Below, one piece after another: positions 1 through 9,682 of a stretch of DNA of 64,000 nucleotides. Below the pieces are notes generated by a model, which was not told the origin of the DNA, did not search any database, and was given only the letters and a program-made list of their open reading frames with translations. Origin of the DNA: an uncultured bacterium (lineage in GTDB: Bacteria > Patescibacteriota > Minisyncoccia > Phycocordibacterales > Phycocordibacteraceae); NCBI GenBank assembly GCA_947085985.1, contig CAMTYL010000004.1, forward strand, positions 61,547 to 125,546, given 5' to 3'. The position numbers and the translations under genes were made by a program. Positions within the stretch are counted from its first letter, which is position 1. Each line of letters starts with the position of its first letter.

Positions 1-2
1 CC

Positions 3-602
3 ATTGTCGCCCCTTCGTGCCCCGACTACACCCACGTAAATGGTAAGTACAACTTCAAAGGAGTAGGTGTTGGGATCCCCTTGTTGTCGCAACTTCACAT
101 CTCCTTTCTTGATGTGCTGGCTGCGAAACTACCGAGCGCCCATTACGAAATCGTAGTCGCCGACCAGGAAGCCGAGGATACTGCCCTGTGCGTCAGAACC
201 GGCCTTACTCAAGATGAGTTTAGAAGTAGAATTCATCAATCACTGTTGGCGACAAGCGAGCTTCTGGCCGGTCGCGGGTGGAGGGTTTGCGCAATGACAA
301 AGCGCTTCCCTAGTTTGCGTCGTCTGGAGGGAGAAGTCGCAAAAGAGATAGCGGAAGATGTGGATCTTCGTGATCGAATCAAAAGCGACACCATGGCTCG
401 ATCAAACATGTATCGCAGTATAGGCGTTCACGATTATGAAGCTATGAAACTTCGCACAATCCGAACTGCCTCTCAGTATGGTGCGCTCGCCAAGATTGCA
501 GCTCAGGAGCAGATACTTATCTGCAACCACGAAACGGTAAATCTTGGTTGGTACAACCGTTATGGCGCGGCTGTGCTGCATAACCCGGTATCGGTGTACT
601 GA
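3..602 (+). CDS. hypothetical protein, 5'-truncated by window edge (CPDY motif)
   Basis: Frame is open from position 3 (IVAPSCPDYTHVNGKYNFKGVG...) and continues into the listed 81..602 ORF. Confidence 0.7.
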   Translation: MVAPSCPDYTHVNGKYNFKGVGVGIPLLSQLHISFLDVLAAKLPSAHYEIVVADQEAEDTALCVRTGLTQDEFRSRIHQSLLATSELLAGRGWRVCAMTKRFPSLRRLEGEVAKEIAEDVDLRDRIKSDTMARSNMYRSIGVHDYEAMKLRTIRTASQYGALAKIAAQEQILICNHETVNLGWYNRYGAAVLHNPVSVY

Positions 603-664
603 AAACTAGTGTGCGGCTCGAACAGGGTCGCACACTTTTTTATGCTCTAATAATAAATAATCGT

Positions 665-1225
665 ATGCACATCCGAAAAATACTTACCTACGACGTATAT
701 GCCAATACCGTTGGGGCGGCTCGCTACCAGCACGTAGTAAAACTACTCAACCAATCAATTGACCCGGATACACTACTGACCGATTCATTGGACTGTGGCA
801 AACAAGCTGTACTCACTTCGCCTCTAAAGCGAGCTGTGCAGTGCATAAAGAGAGACTCTGCACTATCAATTACGGCTTCACCACAACTTACAGAAATAGC
901 ATTTCCGCTACAGGAATATTGTACGGAGAATGACTTTCTTGAATATGGAAGCGTGGCCGTGAGAAAGGCATTTGTTCAGGCGTTTATAGAAGACAAACTA
1001 TGTGTTCCTCATAAGCAGCTGAAGAAGGAACTGGAAGACATTCTCATATTACGGGGGCAAGCGAAACCGCCACTGTGCATTTCGCATACTTTCAGAATGA
1101 AGTTACTCGAGATATACGCAAGTATAGGGGACGACTTATTCCGCAACCCATCTTTACTAGGTACATATGTCAGCCCGGAAAAGCACCTATACGAATTTGG
1201 CGAGATAATTGAAGTTCGAATATAG
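665..1225 (+). CDS. degenerate histidine-phosphatase-superfamily-like protein
   Basis: SPLKRAVQ and ISHTF resemble the SPLxRAxQT and VSHG motifs; no RHG motif; ATG at 665. Confidence 0.45.
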   Translation: MHIRKILTYDVYANTVGAARYQHVVKLLNQSIDPDTLLTDSLDCGKQAVLTSPLKRAVQCIKRDSALSITASPQLTEIAFPLQEYCTENDFLEYGSVAVRKAFVQAFIEDKLCVPHKQLKKELEDILILRGQAKPPLCISHTFRMKLLEIYASIGDDLFRNPSLLGTYVSPEKHLYEFGEIIEVRI

Positions 1226-1229
1226 CTCA

Positions 1230-1910
1230 CTACTTCCCAAGCTTCTTATCACTCACAATTTGCCCGTCATCAATTTTGATAATGCGCTCGGCATGGCTCG
1301 CAAACTCTTCCTCGTGCGTAACCATAATGATGGTCTGCCCTGCCTGGTAGAACTCGGTGAAAATAGCAAGAATGGCCTGCGACGATTCGTTATCCAGGTT
1401 TGCGGTTGGCTCGTCTGCGAAAAGAATGCCCGGCTCATGCGCTACCGCACGCGCAATAGACACGCGCTGCTGCTCTCCTCCTGAAAGCTGACTTGGCAGC
1501 CCCGCCACACGGTGTGCAAGGTGCACCTTTGCGAGTGCCTTCTCTGCTTTCTCATACGCTGCCTTTTTATCAAGTCCCTGCATCAACAGAGGCATGGCCA
1601 CATTCTCAAGCGCCGTGAGCTCGGGAAGGAGTGCGTAGTCTTGGAACACAAATCCAAATCGGTTGAGACGAAACGCGGATTTCTCATCGGCACTCATGGT
1701 GCGTGCGTTCACCCCTTCAATGACTATCTCTCCACTGGTGGGCTCGTCCAAAAGCGAAAGTTGATACAACAGCGTACTCTTCCCTGCTCCCGAGCGGCCC
1801 ATGATAGACACAAACTCTCCCGAATCAATCGTGAGATCAATCCCTCGCAGTACGGGCGTAGTGACCGTTCCATTTATAAAAGTGCGCGTGAGGTTGGTGG
1901 TGGTGATCAT
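1230..1910 (-). CDS. ABC transporter ATP-binding protein (LolD/MacB type)
   Basis: GRSGAGKS Walker A, LSGGEQQRV signature, DEPT, VTH. Confidence 0.95.
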   Translation of the reverse strand: MITTTNLTRTFINGTVTTPVLRGIDLTIDSGEFVSIMGRSGAGKSTLLYQLSLLDEPTSGEIVIEGVNARTMSADEKSAFRLNRFGFVFQDYALLPELTALENVAMPLLMQGLDKKAAYEKAEKALAKVHLAHRVAGLPSQLSGGEQQRVSIARAVAHEPGILFADEPTANLDNESSQAILAIFTEFYQAGQTIIMVTHEEEFASHAERIIKIDDGQIVSDKKLGK

Positions 1911-1913
1911 AGG

Positions 1914-3179
1914 CTAATTGCGTCCGAGGATAGAACTAAGGGTATTCTTTCGCACAATGATGCGCGCAGGAATGTAGCCCGCGAGCAGTGTGACGGATAT
2001 CAGAATTCCGATACGGGTGAACGTCTCCCCGAGAGGGGCCACCAAGATGCCGTCAGAGAACGGGAAATCAATCGGGTTTGCTGCAATCGCCGGAGACAGG
2101 AGTCCGTAGAGAAGCACCAAACCAATTGCAGAACCTGCCACTGCATAGAAGATGGACTGAAATACGTAGGAGAATTCAATAGCTTGCCCACTAATACCGA
2201 TACCCTTCAGGATACCGATAAACTTGCGACGTGTGATGGCATTGATGAAAATCACAATGAATATGGTGATGGCAGCCACCGCAAGACCAAGCGAGCTGAA
2301 CACTGTGCCAAGCAGTGCAAAGGTCGCAATCATATCTTTCAGAAACTTTGGCTGCGCGTCTTCAAAGGTCTGCACTTTTGCCACATTCCCCACTCCATAG
2401 AGAAGCAGGTGGTCGCGCACCACTGCTGGGTCAATACCGTCCTTCACCTTTATCGCAATCTCGTCCACGTTCCCGTCGCTTCGCCCAATAAGGCCGCGCA
2501 TTTGTGAGTCCGACATGAACGCTGAGAGCGATATTTCGTCCACCTTCGTCTTCACAATTCCTTTCACGGTGACTTCTTTAGTAACATCGCCAACACGCAT
2601 GCGAATCTTGGTACCGACACCAACATCTTCAAGGGTGGTAAACGCTGGGGACTCAATGGGCAGGTACTGCTTTAGCAGATAGTGGCCGAGCACCACCTGG
2701 TCGTAGTCGCCCGCTTCAATAAACGAGCCCTCTACCAGGTTGTCACGGATGCTGGTGACCGCGTGCTCGCTACTTGCATCAATACCAACCAACTGTGCAC
2801 CGGCAGTGTTCGGCTTCTCGTCGTCGCGACGAGTCTTGTAGTTGGCTTCAAGGCGCGCGGATTCACGATAGCGCGGCGTGAACGACTCCACCTCTGGCAT
2901 TGCGTCAATAATTGAGAGCACGTTCCCTGTCGTTTCAATGTACTCCTTGTCCGAGAGCGAAGAGACGATAACGTCCGACGTGTACTTCTCGCGGGTGGCG
3001 TCCACTGCGCCTTGGATAAGACCTACCAAAATACCCGATACCACCACGAGGTTTAAGAATGTAAGCACCATCACAAAGATGATGAGCGAGGTGGTCCACG
3101 GATTTGAGCGCCGTAGCTGACGGAGTGCTAAGAAGAGCCCGACCTTCGCATTTAGTGCTGTGTGCGAATGACGAGCCAT
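1914..3179 (-). CDS. FtsX/MacB-like ABC permease
   Basis: N-terminal TM, large extracytoplasmic domain, three C-terminal TMs, IGILKGIG motif. Confidence 0.9.
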   Translation of the reverse strand: MARHSHTALNAKVGLFLALRQLRRSNPWTTSLIIFVMVLTFLNLVVVSGILVGLIQGAVDATREKYTSDVIVSSLSDKEYIETTGNVLSIIDAMPEVESFTPRYRESARLEANYKTRRDDEKPNTAGAQLVGIDASSEHAVTSIRDNLVEGSFIEAGDYDQVVLGHYLLKQYLPIESPAFTTLEDVGVGTKIRMRVGDVTKEVTVKGIVKTKVDEISLSAFMSDSQMRGLIGRSDGNVDEIAIKVKDGIDPAVVRDHLLLYGVGNVAKVQTFEDAQPKFLKDMIATFALLGTVFSSLGLAVAAITIFIVIFINAITRRKFIGILKGIGISGQAIEFSYVFQSIFYAVAGSAIGLVLLYGLLSPAIAANPIDFPFSDGILVAPLGETFTRIGILISVTLLAGYIPARIIVRKNTLSSILGRN

Positions 3180-3189
3180 GACGTAGAAA

Positions 3190-4656
3190 CTATGGAAGCA
3201 CCACCACCTCACCGACAGACAAGCCCTCTAGAACCTCTACCATACCAAGAGAGGAAACAGGTCCGGTGACTACTGCGCGACGCTCGTCGGCCTTCCCAAC
3301 ACGAACGGTCACATAGGAGGTGGCATTCTTCTTTGCAACTGCGCCCTGCGGGACACTGACCACACCCTCTCGCTCGTCAGTGGTTATAACAATGTTTGCA
3401 GTCATGCCAGACTTCACGCGCTCGTCCTCTTCATTAAAGTGAAGAATGACGCGGTAGGTAGACACGCCGTCTCTGACCGTCTCTGCGGGGTCAATAGCAA
3501 CCACGTGTGCGGCGAACACCACACTCTCTCCATATGCTTCAAGCGTAACGGTTGCAGGATCACCTACTTCCAAATACGAGATCTGAATTTCTGGCACAAA
3601 ACTTTCGATTTCCAGTTTTCCAGCACTCATAATTGTGACCGCTGGGGTTCCCTGACTAACGGTGTCTCCGACTTCTATATCAAGCCGAGTAACTGTTCCA
3701 TTAAATGGAGCGCGCAGTACATACTTCTTCAACTCTGCGTCAAGCCGTGCAACTTCTGCACGAGCAACCGCAAGCATAGCGTCTGCAATAGTGGTGCCCT
3801 CCGTGCGCTGTTCAAGTTTTGCCTGTGCTTCTTCAATGGCGCGAGTGCGCTCGCGCACTGCCTGCTGGTACGCGTTGTAGTTTGCAGGATAGGTGGTGCT
3901 CTTAATGTTTGGCACGCTCACGAGCCAAATAGTACCGTGATACGTTGAAAGGTTCCCTGGAAATCGTACATAAAGCCCCTGTGTTCCGAGTGGTGTTGGA
4001 TCAGTCTCAGAAATAGATGACGCACCAACCTTCTCTAGACCAAATGTGTAAAGCCGATACTGATTCGTGTTTGCGTACTGCTCAACTCGAAATTTGTACG
4101 ATCCTTCCACAGAGCCCGCGTACAGACCAGTAATAATAGGAGGTGTGGCCGTGTAGGTAGCAGACTGTGGTATAGCCTCTAGATTTTCAGAAAGAAGTGT
4201 GCGGTAGGCGCTCGCAACCTTTGTATCTTGTTGGTTGCGTATCTCATCTAAATTCACTTGCTGATTTGCGCGCTCTACACGTCGTTGCGATTCCTCTGCA
4301 CGCGCAGCGGCCAGCTGTGCAGCAACGTTATCTGATGCAATTGCCGCCAACGGACTTCCTTCTTTTACTGAATCACCGACGCGTGCGTACACACGGGTGA
4401 TTCTGCCCACCTGCTCAAACGACATATCAACACTCTCCGCAGGTTCTACCTTTCCTGAAACCGATACCTTTTGAACAAAAGTGCCTGCATCTACTACGTA
4501 GAGCTCCTCTCCATTCTTTCCATGAGAGATAACGGCATAGACAGAAACAGCAACCACCACAACCAGGATGACAATCGCAACTCGCATATGCTTCCGGAAA
4601 AACGTACGCCCGCGCACTGCAAAACTACGCAATGCGGAAATACTTTTTTGTATCAT
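3190..4656 (-). CDS. efflux membrane-fusion/adaptor protein (HlyD/MacA family)
   Basis: TM anchor, lipoyl half-motifs (VGDSVKEG, LRAPFNGTV), coiled coil, KSGMTA. Confidence 0.9.
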   Translation of the reverse strand: MIQKSISALRSFAVRGRTFFRKHMRVAIVILVVVVAVSVYAVISHGKNGEELYVVDAGTFVQKVSVSGKVEPAESVDMSFEQVGRITRVYARVGDSVKEGSPLAAIASDNVAAQLAAARAEESQRRVERANQQVNLDEIRNQQDTKVASAYRTLLSENLEAIPQSATYTATPPIITGLYAGSVEGSYKFRVEQYANTNQYRLYTFGLEKVGASSISETDPTPLGTQGLYVRFPGNLSTYHGTIWLVSVPNIKSTTYPANYNAYQQAVRERTRAIEEAQAKLEQRTEGTTIADAMLAVARAEVARLDAELKKYVLRAPFNGTVTRLDIEVGDTVSQGTPAVTIMSAGKLEIESFVPEIQISYLEVGDPATVTLEAYGESVVFAAHVVAIDPAETVRDGVSTYRVILHFNEEDERVKSGMTANIVITTDEREGVVSVPQGAVAKKNATSYVTVRVGKADERRAVVTGPVSSLGMVEVLEGLSVGEVVVLP

Positions 4657-4729
4657 GTGTTCTCATAATAGCATTCTATCTATCTAGACATTGGATGAGT
4701 ACTTAAGGGTGCGCTGCACATGTGCTGTA

Positions 4730-5404
4730 TTAGATACTGTTTTGCGCGATGGATTGCTCAAACAGTTCAGGCAACGGTGGGTGGTGTGCGTCCAGCGCTT
4801 CAACAAACTCATGCTTTGGCAGCAGGAATCGCGGGTTGTGTGCTCGCTCGTCCCCTATGGTTGAGTGCGTGCGGCTCTTATAGTCGTGCGCTGGATACAC
4901 TACCGTACTGTCTGGAAGTGCACCAAACACTTCGTGGAGCGATGTGTAGAGTGCCTCACTGTCCCCGAGCTGAAAGTCGGTGCGCCCGGTGCCACCAATA
5001 AGGAGCGCGTCGCCCGCGAACACCGCCCCACCCACAAGCAGTGAAATGCTTTCGTTTGTGTGTCCTGGTGTTGCAAGAATATGTAGTTCGGAGCTGCCGA
5101 GAGTTATCCGCTCGCCACCCTGTACGGGCATATCGTTTAGTTTAGACGGAGCAAGTGCGTGACGCACCAACAGTGCGCCAGTCTTCTCCTTTAGCACTGG
5201 TGCAGATGAAATATGATCAGCATGGGTGTGCGTTTCTATAATGTAGCGCAGGACTGCCTTTTGCTTTTGGAGCGCGTCTAGATAGTCCTCAAGAGGAATC
5301 TCCTGCGAAGGATCAATAAGCGCCGCCTCGTTGGACACCTCGTCCACCACTAGGTACGAGAGGCATCCTCTGGGCGAATGAAATGGGTAGTAGTTCATGG
5401 TCAT
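4730..5404 (-). CDS. MBL-fold persulfide dioxygenase (ETHE1/CstB-like)
   Basis: ETHTHADHIS, TPGHT, GTGRTDF, PAHDY motifs; adjacent to rhodanese. Confidence 0.85.
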   Translation of the reverse strand: MTMNYYPFHSPRGCLSYLVVDEVSNEAALIDPSQEIPLEDYLDALQKQKAVLRYIIETHTHADHISSAPVLKEKTGALLVRHALAPSKLNDMPVQGGERITLGSSELHILATPGHTNESISLLVGGAVFAGDALLIGGTGRTDFQLGDSEALYTSLHEVFGALPDSTVVYPAHDYKSRTHSTIGDERAHNPRFLLPKHEFVEALDAHHPPLPELFEQSIAQNSI

Positions 5405-5734
5405 CTATTTCTTTGTTGGTAGCTTTGCCTGTTGCCACGCAATAATGCCGCCCGACACGTTCTTGGCGTGCGTCATACCAAGCCCGTGGAGGGCGCTTGT
5501 AGCCATTGCGCTCCTGCCACCCGAGCGACACATCACGTGAATAGAGCGGTAATCTTTGAGCTTGTGCGCGTGTGCTTCAAGTTGGTGGAGTGGAAGGTGT
5601 AGTGCGCCTGGCACAGCTACTTCAGACACCTCGTCATGGGTACGCACATCCACAAGAGCGTGCCCATCACTCCCAAGTGTTGCGTGCGCTTCTTCCACCG
5701 TCACGTTCTTAGGTCCAAATGACATTCCAAACAT
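5405..5734 (-). CDS. rhodanese-like sulfurtransferase
   Basis: VDVR, active-site CRSGGRS, GGIIAW. Confidence 0.92.
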   Translation of the reverse strand: MFGMSFGPKNVTVEEAHATLGSDGHALVDVRTHDEVSEVAVPGALHLPLHQLEAHAHKLKDYRSIHVMCRSGGRSAMATSALHGLGMTHAKNVSGGIIAWQQAKLPTKK

Positions 5735-5746
5735 AGATAGAGGAGA

Positions 5747-6022
5747 TTATGCGAGCGTAAACGCGGTGCTAATAATCTGGTCCAGACTCTTCTCCAGGTG
5801 CGCTTTACTCTTCCCTTCACGTACGCACTCCTGCGCATACTCACGAGCAAACGCCTCTCCGAAACGCTTTAGTCCATTAGTGGCTGCTTTCAACTGATAC
5901 AGCGTCTGGGTACAGTCCTCAGTATTCTCTGCCTCTATAGAGCGACGGAGTGCACCAATCTGTCCTTCAATGCGGTTCAACCGCTTTACGAGTTCACGCG
6001 ATGCTGTGGTGGATTTCTTCAT
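5747..6022 (-). CDS. CsoR/RcnR-family repressor, CstR-like
   Basis: RLNRIEGQI motif; two Cys (EDCTQ, QECV) with Tyr at the CsoR His position. Confidence 0.85.
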   Translation of the reverse strand: MKKSTTASRELVKRLNRIEGQIGALRRSIEAENTEDCTQTLYQLKAATNGLKRFGEAFAREYAQECVREGKSKAHLEKSLDQIISTAFTLA

Positions 6023-6040
6023 ATGGACCCAGTGTACCAT

Positions 6041-6057
6041 ATACCCCCCTGGGGTAT
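6041..6057. promoter_or_regulatory. CsoR/CstR-type operator
   Basis: ATACCCCCCTGGGGTAT: C-tract/G-tract pseudo-palindrome just upstream of the repressor start. Confidence 0.8.
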
Positions 6058-6137
6058 GCAAGGGACCCTAACCACGTTGACCGACCGGTACTTAGGCTGT
6101 AGAACAGCAAAGGAGAAACAACGGCCGGGAGGGTCAA

Positions 6138-6485
6138 ATGGGAAGAAAGAATCGCCCGAGAACAGAGCCACGTGTTGGCGAGCCACCGAAGCTTTCCAAA
6201 TACGCTGACAAAAGAATGAGGCGTACTGAACGGTGTCCGCACCAAACTGAACAACACCAGGCCAGGGGGACTCGAGCAACAGTTTTCGCAGTTCCTATCA
6301 ACAAAGGCATCGTGTTCGTTCGAACAGACGCAGGACTCGAGCTGTCTATCAATATGTCCGTAGTGCGCCGCGACTACAAAAGTGGCGCGCCGCCCATCGG
6401 TTGGATTGTGGACTACGACTACGAGGCGAATCCCAAATGGAAGCGTCCTCGCGTGACTCGCATTCACAGCGTCACCCCTGCCTGA
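6138..6485 (+). CDS. orphan with basic N-terminus and divergent cold-shock/OB-like domain
   Basis: TTGACC-17-TAGAAC promoter, GGGAGG SD, downstream hairpin; KGIVFV resembles the CSD RNP1 motif. Confidence 0.6.
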   Translation: MGRKNRPRTEPRVGEPPKLSKYADKRMRRTERCPHQTEQHQARGTRATVFAVPINKGIVFVRTDAGLELSINMSVVRRDYKSGAPPIGWIVDYDYEANPKWKRPRVTRIHSVTPA

Positions 6486-6492
6486 AGAAGTG

Positions 6493-6521
6493 GGCCCCGC
6501 GGAGCAATCCGCGGGGCCTTT
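6493..6521. terminator. intrinsic terminator between convergent genes
   Basis: ggccccgcgga-gcaa-tccgcggggcc followed by T-rich tail. Confidence 0.8.
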
Positions 6522-6522
6522 C

Positions 6523-7155
6523 TTATTTCTTACTACAAACGGAGTTCAAAATAGGAGTAAGTCGCTCCGCGATTCTCTCATACCCTGCCTCGTTCGGGTG
6601 CACCTGATCACTCATATACTTTGAATTCGCAATAAGACCCGAGAGGATGTTTGGCACAAATGTGACATCGTACTCTTTTGCCAACTCTTTAAACATGGGC
6701 GCGTACGGGTCGCTCGGGAAACCGCCGAGCACTCCCACCAGTACCACGTGCGTCTTCCCGCCAGCCTGAAGACGCTCAATAAGCGTTGCGAGGTTTTTCT
6801 TTGTCTCTGCTAGCGGCGTCTTTCTAAGCGCGTCGTTGCCCCCAAGAAGCAGTATGGCAATGTCTGCCTTCCCTTCAGCTTCTTTCACCCTAGCAAGTCC
6901 GTCCGTAGTGGTGTCTCCACTGCGCCCATAGTTCTGAATAGGTATTCCAATACTTGCAGAGAGTTTTGTGACGAAATCTCCACCACGTGGCGCGCCGTAC
7001 CCTTCCACAAGACTATCTCCAAACGCAATGATTACCGGCCTCGGTACAATCGTATCGCAAGATGCTAACGCACTTTGCCTATTCAAAAAGAAGACGGCCG
7101 CAACACCCACCACGACAAGTACCAGAACGCTGCTGACAACAAGTGTCCTATTCAT
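6523..7155 (-). CDS. GDSL/SGNH esterase (TesA-like)
   Basis: FGDSL, GGND, DQVHPN blocks. Confidence 0.92.
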   Translation of the reverse strand: MNRTLVVSSVLVLVVVGVAAVFFLNRQSALASCDTIVPRPVIIAFGDSLVEGYGAPRGGDFVTKLSASIGIPIQNYGRSGDTTTDGLARVKEAEGKADIAILLLGGNDALRKTPLAETKKNLATLIERLQAGGKTHVVLVGVLGGFPSDPYAPMFKELAKEYDVTFVPNILSGLIANSKYMSDQVHPNEAGYERIAERLTPILNSVCSKK

Positions 7156-7693
7156 GATTATTGAGATGACGTAACAGAACGAGCGCGCTGCGCTCTTCTG
7201 ACACCTGTCCGTCTAAACACATATTGCGTACCTCGTCTTTACTATAAAACGCAAAAGAAATATCTTCTCCCTCTTCTAGCTCCTGCTCTGTTTGCACATA
7301 GTCATTCACCACAAAGTAAAACAAATCCCATACCACTGTTGCGCCGCACACTGACCGGTGCAGGAACGAAATATCTTTTACTTCAATGCCAGCCTCTTCT
7401 CGTGCTTCTCGTATAGCTGCGCGCTTTGCCGCTTCTAAAATATCTACATCGCCTTGGAGCGCTGTATTATATTCCTCTAAGGAATCGTATACCTTCCCAC
7501 CTGGCAGCCGGTAATCATATGCGCCAAGCTCGCGCCGAAACTCCCTCGTCAGAAGAATATTTCCGTCCTTTTCAATAATCAGTCTTGTGCCCGGGGATCG
7601 TCTAGCAAATTCAAAGGTCTTCGTACGGTCTCCCACAAGAACCTCCTGTTGCACGACCTCAATGATAGTGCCCCGATGAGTGATTTTTTCCAT
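7148..7693 (-). CDS. NUDIX hydrolase
   Basis: LPGG...AAIREAREEAG Nudix box. Confidence 0.9.
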   Translation of the reverse strand: MEKITHRGTIIEVVQQEVLVGDRTKTFEFARRSPGTRLIIEKDGNILLTREFRRELGAYDYRLPGGKVYDSLEEYNTALQGDVDILEAAKRAAIREAREEAGIEVKDISFLHRSVCGATVVWDLFYFVVNDYVQTEQELEEGEDISFAFYSKDEVRNMCLDGQVSEERSALVLLRHLNNHE

Positions 7694-7710
7694 ACGATGT
7701 GAGTGAGCGA

Positions 7711-8673
7711 CTAATCTACAGCAAACCTAATGAGATTTCCTGTTTGTACAAGCAGGAACAGGATATAGAACACCAGCAACACGACACCCTCCCATCGCGA
7801 TAGCTGGCAACTTGTACGCAAGAATATAAACAGCAACACAAATCCGACAGCCATAAGGATACCCGTTTCAATGAACTGGCTTGGTTCAAGCATGACCGTG
7901 CCGCTTGCCACAGCTAATCCACCGAAAATAAGTGTGTTCATCGCAGCCGAACCAAGATAGTCTCCAAACGCAATATCTGCTCGACTGCGCAACACCGACC
8001 GCAGTGCAATTACCAGCTCCGGAAGGTTGGTGCCGATAGAAAGCATAAGGAGTCCAACCAGCGAGGCGGGCACGCTTAGACTGGTAGCCACAAACACTGC
8101 TTCCTCCACAAGAAAGTGAGCGGCGATAAAAATAGCAATAGCGGCGACACCTACCCTAAGCACGTAGCGATGGGTTGGTTCTGCTCGGTCTTCTTTAGTT
8201 TCCACCGTAAAAGTCCCGGGAGCACGTGTGTGGTAGAGCGCAAAGGCAACCGTTCCGTACACAAGCAATGCGAGGAGTCCTTCTGACTGTGTCACGTTGC
8301 CATCAAGAGTCACTAACACAGGCACCAAAATTACCGCCAACAGCATCAGCAGGGCTCGTGGCGATACCGTTCCCCGAAGCGACACTGTTCCACCAGCTAT
8401 AGCAAGGAGAGGAACAATAAGAAGCGTTATAACGAATGAGGCTCCAATAAGATTTCCAATGGATACGTCTGGTACACCAGCAATTGTGGAGTTAATAGCG
8501 ACTGATATCTCACCAATGGAAGTGAGGAAACCGAGCACAAAGAACGCCATGATAAACCCAGTGAGTTTGAACCTGGTTGCAAGGCGTGAGACCGCATCAA
8601 TAAGAACTCCCGCAAAAAACCAAATAATGGCAGCGGAGCAAAGAAACATAACTAAGTGTACAAAGGCTTCCAT
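7711..8673 (-). CDS. Na+/Ca2+ exchanger family (YrbG-like)
   Basis: Two alpha repeats (TSIGE...GNLIGA; GTNLPE...GDYLGS), about 10 TMs. Confidence 0.88.
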   Translation of the reverse strand: MEAFVHLVMFLCSAAIIWFFAGVLIDAVSRLATRFKLTGFIMAFFVLGFLTSIGEISVAINSTIAGVPDVSIGNLIGASFVITLLIVPLLAIAGGTVSLRGTVSPRALLMLLAVILVPVLVTLDGNVTQSEGLLALLVYGTVAFALYHTRAPGTFTVETKEDRAEPTHRYVLRVGVAAIAIFIAAHFLVEEAVFVATSLSVPASLVGLLMLSIGTNLPELVIALRSVLRSRADIAFGDYLGSAAMNTLIFGGLAVASGTVMLEPSQFIETGILMAVGFVLLFIFLRTSCQLSRWEGVVLLVFYILFLLVQTGNLIRFAVD

Positions 8674-8740
8674 ATCCAGATTCTACCCCACCCCCTGGTG
8701 CTCTCCCCAGTCTCGCTAAGACGCGGTACACTGTAGGGGT

Positions 8741-9010
8741 ATGAATATCAAGAAACAGCTCACCGTCGCCTGGAGCCTCGTCGTCGTGCTCGGCTTCCTC
8801 CTTATTGTCTCTCTTTTCTTCCTCGCTAACCCTAGGGGACAAAAAGACACAAATATTACCGCGCAGCGCGACCTCGTGCGCGAATACTGCACCAAAACTG
8901 ACCAAGAAAGCAAAGATGCCTGTGCAAAAGAGCTCCAGGACCTAAGCGATATGCTACGGGATTTCAGCACCGACCTTACCAAGGACGCCACCGTCAAGGG
9001 TAGCCTGTAA
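8741..9010 (+). CDS. small membrane-anchored hypothetical protein
   Basis: N-terminal TM, Cys pair; TACACT -10 box just upstream; hairpin downstream. Confidence 0.7.
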   Translation: MNIKKQLTVAWSLVVVLGFLLIVSLFFLANPRGQKDTNITAQRDLVREYCTKTDQESKDACAKELQDLSDMLRDFSTDLTKDATVKGSL

Positions 9011-9020
9011 AAAGTCCAGG

Positions 9021-9061
9021 AAGTAGGCCACGGAGTCCCCTTGGGACTCCGTGGCCTACTT
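9021..9061 (+). terminator. intrinsic terminator
   Basis: Perfect long stem aagtaggccacggagtccc / gggactccgtggcctactt. Confidence 0.75.
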
Positions 9062-9112
9062 GTTTATCCGGCATTGGTGTGCTAAAATAACCAGTACCTA
9101 AGCCAATCACAC

Positions 9113-9682
9113 TTGAGTACTACAGAACGGACACGAATAAATCGCGAGATTCGCGCAGAAACGCTACGCGTTGTCGGCCCTGAGGGAGAAAACCTAGGGG
9201 TTCTCTCGTTTTCTGAGGCCCTCGCGGCAGCAGAACGCATGGGACTAGACCTGATCGAAATCTCGCCAAATGCGGTCCCGCCGGTTGCCAAGGTCATGGA
9301 TTATGGTAAATTTCAGTACGAGCAGAAGAAGCGAGAAAGCGCTGCCCGAAGCAAAGCCAAGGTCTCTGAGACTAAGGAAGTACAGATAAAGGTGGGCACT
9401 GGAGAGAACGACATGCGTCTAAAGGCCAACAAGGCCGCTGAGTGGCTAGAAGAAGGCCACCGGGTGCGTGCTGAGCTCTTCCTCAAGGGTCGGTACAAGG
9501 GAATGGATGAAGCCTTCCTAAAGACCCGCCTTGAGAAGTTCATCATGCTGATTCCTTACCAGTACAAAATCGCCGAGCCAGTAGCAAAGGCCCCAAAGGG
9601 ATTTGCGGCCATTCTGGAGCGCGAAGCCAAGGTAAAGCCAACGAGTGCGAGTATCGACAAGACCCCAATACCAACACCATGA
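9113..9682 (+). CDS. infC: translation initiation factor IF-3
   Basis: RINREI, LDLIEISPNAVPPVAKVMDYGKF; non-ATG (TTG) start. Confidence 0.97.
   Translation: MSTTERTRINREIRAETLRVVGPEGENLGVLSFSEALAAAERMGLDLIEISPNAVPPVAKVMDYGKFQYEQKKRESAARSKAKVSETKEVQIKVGTGENDMRLKANKAAEWLEEGHRVRAELFLKGRYKGMDEAFLKTRLEKFIMLIPYQYKIAEPVAKAPKGFAAILEREAKVKPTSASIDKTPIPTP

Noticed and set aside
1512-2507. 331-aa + strand ORF and similar antisense ORFs across the window
   Set aside because: They overlap well-supported genes on the opposite strand and have no recognisable motifs.
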